Of a stretch of 64,000 bases of DNA, positions 56,225 through 64,000 are shown one piece after another. Origin of the DNA: Podarcis liolepis. Taxonomy: Eukaryota. Under the pieces are notes generated by a model. The model worked only from the letters and a program-made list of their open reading frames with translations. It did no database searches and had not been told where the DNA came from. The position numbers were made by a program, and so were the translations under genes. The stretch's first letter is position 1; every line of letters begins with the position of its first letter. Location of the stretch: assembly GCA_965112155.1 (NCBI GenBank), contig OZ218105.1. One strand, 5' to 3'.

Positions 56225-59200
56225 GTGGGCTGCTTGCTATTAATTTCATAAGCATTTGTGTAGTTTTCTATTGGTTGTGCATAGCAAATGCTTAGAATGA
56301 AAACTCTGTTCCTTTAGACATATATTTCAAAGACTAAAAACCAGTCTGCAATAGACTTCGGCATAGCCATTGACTTATCAATACCAACATGGACAAGCTG
56401 ACGGGGGTAGTTTTATTTAAAATGCACTATATTAAATGCTAGAAATTTATAAAATGAAGATGCAGCTATTAAAACTTTACAGCTTTTGAAATATAAAACT
56501 TCCACTCAGTTTTAACTTTCCAGTGAACTAAGTAGGGGAAGCAGTCGGGTGTTGGATATGTGCATTTTATTAGCGTTTTCACTGAGTTCAAATAGGATTT
56601 GCAGGACATATAATACCCTCACTGTGCCACTCTTGGTTAAAAATGCAGTTCTATAATTGTATTCTCAGGGGCGGGAGGGGTGGAGACTATCTGAGTGTTA
56701 AAGAGAAGGAAAGTTTTAAGGTGGAGAAGTAATCTTTTTGAGCAGAAGTCAAAGCTTCGGCAAAGCATGAAGACAAATGACAGGATATTGAAGAACTATT
56801 TTCAATATTTTCACAATTTCAGCCTTAATTTATTATTCCTTTTTTTAAGGTGATGTATCAGCCACTGAAAGTATACTTGAGAGTGCGGCCCTTTTCTAAG
56901 GCAGAGCTTGAAAACAATGAAAACCAGGTTAGTTGTGAAATATGGCATCATTTTTAAAAATCTTTTGTGGGGAATTGCATTCAAAAACAGTTTGGGAAAT
57001 AGAAATCTTTTACCTATTTTTTGTCTGTAATATGCTGTGGTGGTCCTTACTTACCTTCTCCAAACTCCATCATTACAATTGTAGCACCCTGCTTGTGGTT
57101 AACGCTTAGCTGGAATGAAATATTCAACGCAGCAATAGAGAAATTAAAATAATAATTTATTTGTCAGACAAATAAATGAGAGACACAGTGGTATATGGAT
57201 ACCAAAGCTCTGCCCACTCCAGCCCTGATGGCCAGCACTTATATTTCCTCAGCCCAGCCCCCTTGCTCCTCCTTTGGCTGCCTCTGTCCAATCAGCCTGG
57301 TTGAAATTCCTATTGGCTGTTTGCTTGAACCAATCATAAAAGATACACCCATTTCCTATTACCTTTTATGGGAGACAAAGAGCTATATTTCCTTCTATCC
57401 ATAAATGGCAGACAAGTAGCCATATATCTTACATTTGCCTCGACAAGCACCTTAATTATCAGATCATCTTTGCCCTATTGCCCTATTCACTCCAAAACAG
57501 ATGGCTAAAACAGATGGCTCATGGTAACAGAGATCTTGGGTTCACCTTCTCACACACCATCAATGAAATAAGAATCTAACATAAGAATCTAACATTTCTT
57601 ACTTTCTAAATCCTTTGCATACTTACATTTAAGCCAATATATTTCATACATTAACATATATAGCTTTTTAGAAGAAAAGGAACTTAGTAAAAACAGTTTC
57701 CAAAAGCAACCCCTTAAATTTACACCCTCCTTTCAAGCCAGCTGCTGTTCCTATTAGCTCTTGCCCTTTAACCTTATGAAAATATGGCTCAAGTCTAATG
57801 GGAGGCACCTAGTATTATTTTCTGTTAAACAATAAATCTCACTATTTACCAACTCTTAATTGTGTTTTTGCAGCTTGATTGTATTCTGTAATTTGTATGG
57901 TCAGTATGACCTTTTGCTCCCAGCCTGTAATTTCCTTTTACAACTTTAAGGTACTGCTATAGATCAGGGGGGCCCTTGATCAAGAAGATAAACAACTGCC
58001 AGAGTACTCAGCCAGCTGCTTTATGTCTGGCATGAAACATACAAACATTTGCAAATATGTTTTTTTAAGCTCATTTTAAAATACAAGCCTTGATCAGATG
58101 CCTCACAATGAGGTTACATTGCCTTAGTATGCACATAGTTAGTTTGCTTATACTTGCTGTGAGTCACCCTTCACAAGATTTGGACACTAAAACAGCTGGA
58201 TAAGCATGACATATGTAGCAGTCTAGGTTTTTAGATGATGAAGCTTAGATAACTGTACCACTGAAATGCTCCAATGAGATTGTTAGAAAACTGGCTCTCT
58301 TGCACCAGAGCATGGGTAGGCAATGCGGTTACCTTCTGATTTTGTTGGGAGTCCCACTCCCATCAGCCCCAACCAGCATAGTCAGTGATGATAGGAGCTA
58401 TAGCCCAATACCATCTAGGGAACACCATACCCCTGACCAAACAGTAATGTTTGAAACTTTGCATTTAACTACACTACGTCAAAGTGCAGCTTGCACACTG
58501 AGGCTGCATGCATACCACACATTTAAAGCACATGACTGTCCCTAAATAATCCTGGGAACTATAGTTTAAGGGTGCTGAGCAGGGCCGGCCCACCCAGGAG
58601 GCAAGTTGTAGCAGCAGCTTCAGGCTGCATGGGGTAACAGATCCCCTTGTTCTTGGTGTAGATTTTCCCTCGCCCCTTCTAATCTGGTGTGGAGGGGGAC
58701 ACCATTTTGGTGCCAAGTTTTTCTTGGGCTGGTCCTGGTGCTGAGAATTGTAGCTCTGTAAGCAGTGAGCTACAGGTCCCAGGTCCCAGGTCCCAGGATT
58801 CTTTGGGAGAAGTCACCTGCTTTGAAGACACTTGAAAGGTACAGTGTTTACACAGCAGCAGAATCGCATGCACCAAAAGGTCACAAATGAAACCACGTCA
58901 GTAAGTGTAAAACCGGTTTGTAGCATGCAATTTAGTAGGCAAAGAAAGTTTTAGGAAGCTGGTTAAAATAACTTGTGTTCTCTTAAGGACTGTTTGATTA
59001 TTGAAAATCAAGAAACAGTGACTCTTCACGCACCTAAATACTCTACTGCTATGAAGAACAGTGAAAAGGGAATTGGACAATCGGCGCATCAGTTCACTTT
59101 TACTCAGGTGAGTTCTCCTCCAGGGCCAATTTCAGTGAAAATAAATAAATAAATGTGCATAAAGCAGACTGCATTAGAACACTTGGTGCAGGCTGTTCCT

Positions 59201-62200
59201 GTTTCTGTAAGTAGTGAGAACTCAGAGCAAAATATAGCTGACTCCCAAACAGATGCACAGGACTTCAGTCTTAAAGTGCACCATTCCATTAATTGCATGC
59301 TGCTTTCCTGTACTGTATAGTAAAGTTCTTAAAGGTGATTATTCTTTTGATCTTTATACCAATTGTATGGAAAGTGACAGTGGGGCAGTGAAAATGGATT
59401 CTACGTGCCCTAATGGTGGCTAAGAGACCAATACTGTTGAACTGGAAGAATAGAAATATGATTCCCCTTAAACAGTGGCTTGACAAACATGACAATATTA
59501 GCAGCATATGAGCAGACTGCCTATGGACACAGACTTTCTTTGGATAAATATAATGATATTTGTAACAACTTTATACAGAATATATGAGGTTGTTGTTAAA
59601 GAAATTTGTGTTAGGATAATAAGACTATACACATTTGTATATTTGTGGAAACGTAATGGAGTATTTTTCTTTTATTTGAATTTTCACTCCCCCCCCCCCC
59701 TTCTCACCACTTTTCAATAAATGAAATTCTTCTAATAAAATATCAATAATACTTTTAAGAGGATTCAGTGGTGCATTGCTCTGAGGATCAAATTGGCTGT
59801 GGCATGGTATGACTTGTCATAAGCAAAGCAATTAAACTGCTTTTCTGTGCCAAACTGGATGTAACATGAATCTATAAATGACATATTCTATGGGTTTTTT
59901 TAAAACATTGTCAGTAGCTGCTGAAAGTTCTAATTTGGATCAGAATAATTACACTTGGGTTTGGGGGTTAACCCTTCCCCTCCAAGTCATTCCCCATTCT
60001 AATCACCCTTTCCCCAAAGTTGCTATTTGCCTCATGGGGAAAACCATATAGGTATAATTTGACTTCATGAGGCAAATGACAACTCTGTAGGAGAGGGAAG
60101 GACTGGTGGTGAGAAAACATTAAGCTCCATGGTCCCAGCTTGAAGTAGGCCCCTATAGATGCTGCTATTAACACTTCAGTTAGTCAGAGATCCCACTCAC
60201 ACCTCATGTGTACAGTTTGCTCCTCACTGTCCCTGTAAAACTTTTTCCTATTCTCTACTTAGGTGTTTGGACCAGAGACTTCTCAAAGTGAATTTTTTGA
60301 AGGCACAATGAATGACATAGTAAAAACTTGTATCAACGGAGTGAATGGACTTGTGTTTACCTATGGTGTGACTAACGCAGGCAAAAGTTTCACAGTTCAA
60401 GGTATCCAATTATTCTTCATGGGGTCAAATACAAAAGATCTAACAATGGCATGTATTGAAAAGAGGCTCATTGTTTCTGCAGGCTGCTCAAAAGACGGTG
60501 GTATCCTTCCCCGCTCTCTTGATCTCATATTTAACCATGTAAGGGGAAGACAGTATCCAAAGATGAACATAAAACCATGCTTCAGCAATCTTACCAAGAG
60601 GCTAAATGATATGCAGGTTAAGCAAGAAGAATCCATCAAAGCTGCCCTTCTTGCTTCTCTGAAAGAGGTTAGTGGCATCACCCTTCCAGATCCTGCCTTA
60701 AAATCCACACCATGTAGAACTACTCATTCCTTGGAAACCCCAACAACAAATTCATATAAGCCTCTCAAGGGGCTTGGTTTAAGGGGGTTCTGGACTATAG
60801 CACTGCTGTAGTTCTTTGGGTTAGATTATGTGGGGTGGAAACACTGCAGAAAACAGTGGCAAGGATGGGCACTGGTTTATAGCCATCTTAAATTCCCCAG
60901 AATTCCTCTGGATCCTGAGATAGCCACCTAACCTTGCACTTCTCTTTGAAACACTGGGACATCTTTGAAAAATGTGGGCGAGATTAAAATGTTTTGGAAA
61001 GGAGGTTGGCACCACTGGTTATGGGGCTTTATGGGAGCTGTTGGCTCCAGCATTGTCACATTATGCTGATGGAGAGCAGGTTCTCAAGCTTCCGAATGCA
61101 AATGAGGTGGTGGCCTTGCTTCTCATAACTGTAAGAAAGGCACTGGGGCCTAATTTGGTTAGTAGAATGTCTGTCATCTGGTGGGAGGGCCTTAAGTGTT
61201 GTGCTCTGGAATTGGCCCATCCCTTCGGGGGTTCAGTTCAGTTAGATGGAGGGCCAAGTTTGGCCATCACAGAGTTAGAGAAACCAACTGTCATTCTTGC
61301 CTCAGGGTGTTGTTTTAATTTATCTCAGACAGTATGTTATTGTGTTACAATTTTCTTTATTATTAAAACTTTGTTTGACGTATACATGAGCCGCTTACTA
61401 TACTGAAAGAAAAGAAACTGATGAAGAATGGTGGAATATCCTATACTGTATGAGTGAGGGGCTATTCCCAGTTTGACAGGAGGATTGGTGTTTTTTAATC
61501 ACCCCCTCCCTCCACAACAAAAAACATTCACAGAGAAGGCTTGCATGCTTGTTTTAAAGTGATTGTTCTGTAAGATGCTTCTGAAAGGTTGGAAAGAAAG
61601 TAATTTATAAATAAATACTCTGATTTTTCTTTTTTTCATTTGAGACCACTTCCGAAAGCAGGAAACATGCATGACTGGTGTTTTCAGCTTCTTGTGCATT
61701 TATGCACTCATGCCACTGCTGTATATGTTGTGTGCAACAAGTTGGCCTTATTCTCCTAGTCTTATGCATTTCCAAGGTGCGGTATTTCTGATTGCTGAAT
61801 CATGCTGTTCACTTCAGGAGGAATCTTTAGCTATTATGATAATGCAGCAGAGCATTCAAGGGAACTTCTCGAAGCATTTTGCTGTTTGGCATGGAGGTTT
61901 ACAGAAGGAAGGAAGAAATAAGATAAATGGATTTCTTCTCAATCCCTTAGGTCAGGGGTGGGGAATCTGTGGCCCTCCAGATGTTCCGGGACTCCTGTAC
62001 CCATCAGCCAAGTCAGCATAGTCAGGAATAATGGAAGTTGTAGTTCAAGCAACATCTGGAGGGCCACAACATACTTTCCCTTTCTTACCTGTCTTTTTCA
62101 GTCTCAACCAAAGTCTGGGTTTCATCTTGAATTCTTCTTGGTGATGAAAGTGTTTCTCTTCAACCAGGCATTTGGCTGTTTAACATTCTATAGTTTTAAA

Positions 62201-63474
62201 AATGTGTTTGTGGGAGGGAGGTTATTGGTTTGTTTTCATTTTATTATATATTTTGTATTCTCATTTTGTATTTTCCTGTTGTGAACCACTCGGGATATTT
62301 GGGTGAAGGGTGGTATACAGATTTAATTATTATTATTAATCATAATCTCAAAAAATGCACTTGAATTGTTGTGAATATCCCATTCAAAATTGATTTAATT
62401 AGAACCTATACCAGTTGCTTTGTTTTTAAAAAACTTAATTGGTGGATAGCTTGCCTCCTGTAGAAATTAAAAGATGTGAATACAGAGGCAGCAACATAAC
62501 CTTGACATTTTTGTATTTCATCAAGGATACTGAAAATACTTCAAAGTCTATCACATCTTCAAGTGCATCAGGCTCAACTTCTAGTAGCTGTAGCTCACCA
62601 AGTTTTGTTTTGAATGAATCAGGTAATGGGTGAATATTTGTGGTTAAAAATGCATATAGAATTGTGTAAAATGGTCGCTATAGCATTGCTTACTAATCGT
62701 ATAAAAACAGGATTGATTTTTGTAGGATATTGGGGAAAGAATATCCCTATGTTTATTTATTAAAATATTTGTATATTGACTTTCATATGAATTATCACAA
62801 AATAAAATGATTAAATTCAGAGCAGGCATTTAAAAGAACCCAGCTGGTACTGATGTTTAGCAAAGGCCTCCAGGAATAAATGTGTTTCCAGCATGTGCCA
62901 AAGTCGTCAGAGAGGGAGGTGGTACCACAGGAAGGGCATTGCTGTTGAAAAGACCCCCCTCCTGGTCACCGCTAAGTGAATCACCGGGAAGCACAATGCA
63001 ACCAGGAGCACCTCATCCAATGATTTTAGTGCAATAATGTGTAGTAATGCAAAAGTATGTGCCTTGCACCAAATGCTTAAACAAAAATGGTGCAATATCT
63101 GTCCTGGGAGGAAGTATCCATAAATGAGAACAAAAATAGCTGTAAGTTCTGCTGCTGTAAGTTGTCTTAAACTGTTTCTGATACTGTGTTTTAATGTTGG
63201 AACGTGACCTTAGGGCAAAGGGCAGTTAAATAAATTTAACCTTACAATAAACAACAGGCATTACAGTTGCTCCCTTTATTCACCATCCTTGAATGTTTAG
63301 ATTCTGAGGTTTATACCAAGTGCCCCAGGACCCTAGCATCTGTTTGGGTTTCTTTCTTTGAAATCTACAATGAGTACATCTATGACCTACTGGATGTAGT
63401 GCCTGCATCGAAGAATCAGAAGCGCAAAGTTTTAAAGATATGCGAAGATCAGGGAGGAAACTCTTACGTAAAAG
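56114..63474 (+). CDS. Kinesin-6 family KIF20A-like protein, 5' part; join(56114..56224,56850..56927,58988..59107,60263..60401,60483..60667,62526..62622,63301..63474), continues beyond the window
   Basis: All exons have GT-AG boundaries and compatible phases. Motifs LKVYLRVRPF, HQFTFTQVFGPET, P-loop YGVTNAGKS, DGGILPRSL, a long L6 insert typical of kinesin-6, and SVWVSFFEIYNEYIYDLL. Confidence 0.9.
56850..56927 (+). CDS. KIF20A-like exon (start of motor domain)
   Basis: VMYQPLKVYLRVRPFSKAELENNENQ; AG/GT flanks. Confidence 0.9.
58988..59107 (+). CDS. KIF20A-like exon
   Basis: DCLIIENQETVTLHAPKYSTAMKNSEKGIGQSAHQFTFTQ; donor CAG|gtgagt. Confidence 0.92.
60263..60401 (+). CDS. KIF20A-like exon with P-loop
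   Basis: VFGPETSQSEFFEGTMNDIVKTCINGVNGLVFTYGVTNAGKSFTVQ(G). Confidence 0.93.
60483..60667 (+). CDS. KIF20A-like exon (alpha2, start of L6 insert)
   Basis: CSKDGGILPRSLDLIFNHVRGRQYPKMNIKPCFSNLTKRLNDMQVKQEESIKAALLASLKE; donor GAG|gttagt. Confidence 0.92.
62526..62622 (+). CDS. KIF20A-like exon (Ser-rich L6 insert)
   Basis: DTENTSKSITSSSASGSTSSSCSSPSFVLNES; phase 0 in and phase 1 out, matching both neighbours. Confidence 0.8.
63301..63474 (+). CDS. KIF20A-like exon (beta4, EIYNE)
   Basis: SEVYTKCPRTLASVWVSFFEIYNEYIYDLLDVVPASKNQKRKVLKICEDQGGNSYVK; donor AAG|gtaatg. Confidence 0.92.
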
Positions 63475-63554
63475 GTAATGCAGCAACTTTGGTGGTACTG
63501 CTTCAAAGGAATAATTACTCTTTGGGTCTAATTATCTCAAGAATCCATCTAGCC

Positions 63555-63998
63555 CAGAGGTTTTCAGCCTTTTTGAATCCACGGCTCCCTTGACCAACTA
63601 CATTCATTCTGTGGCACCCCTGTGGACCTCAGGAGCCCAGTTATGTCACCCCTTGCCTCCAGAGCTGGCAGCCTCTCACCCTTTTCAAACGCCCTCCCTT
63701 GTGGAGTGTTCCCTCAGCCTCCTCTCCCCTCTTCTTGGGAGTCCTCCGGGCAGCAGCTGCTGCCATCCCTGGTCTCTGAGCTGCCCCTCCTCCGTTGCCC
63801 CAAATAGAGTCTCTCTCGGAGGCACCATTCGCCTGCAGAGCTTACAGCCAGGGCTGATGCAATAAACAGCTGTGCAAGCCTTTGGGAGGCAGAGATGCAA
63901 GAGGGTGTCAGGAGGGAGGGAAGGAAAGGGGGACAGAGGCCAGCGTTGCCTGTGGCACCCCTGACTATCATTCATGGCATGCTGGTTGAAAACCACTG
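63555..63998. mobile_element. hAT-type non-autonomous DNA transposon
   Basis: TIRs CAGAGGTTTTCAGCC / GGTTGAAAACCACTG. The left 8-bp flank is ATCTAGCC and the right flank begins AT where the window ends. Confidence 0.7.
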
Positions 63999-64000
63999 AT

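Noticed and set aside
60263-60811. 182-aa single-exon ORF
   Set aside because: It is two kinesin exons plus an open intron and read-through into the next intron.

Overview
Vertebrate genomic DNA, most likely a squamate lizard. Sauria SINE, BovB/RTE and an apparent short in-frame c-mos deletion suggest Lacertidae/Lacertoidea. The window carries the conserved PLAG1-MOS-RPS20 block (human 8q12 order), all on the + strand. PLAG1: a 5'UTR exon, the first coding exon mostly hidden in a 292-nt N gap, the large zinc-finger exon and a ~4.9-kb 3'UTR. MOS: intronless kinase gene with CPE and polyA signals. RPS20: complete 4-exon gene (CpG island, TATA, 5'TOP) hosting snoRNA SNORD54/U54. Downstream of RPS20 lies the 5' part (7 in-frame coding exons) of an intact kinesin-6 (KIF20A-like) gene. 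It sits at a locus where I know of no mammalian kinesin, so it is probably a third KIF20 paralog. Introns and intergenic DNA hold nested L2, CR1, BovB, SINE and MITE insertions. Best leads: the KIF20-like paralog with a frame-preserving 81-nt intron at loop L5, two apparently conserved PLAG1 uORFs, and a hairpin in the RPS20 5'UTR. Comparisons with human sequences are from memory and need alignment. Repeat boundaries without stated TSDs are approximate.
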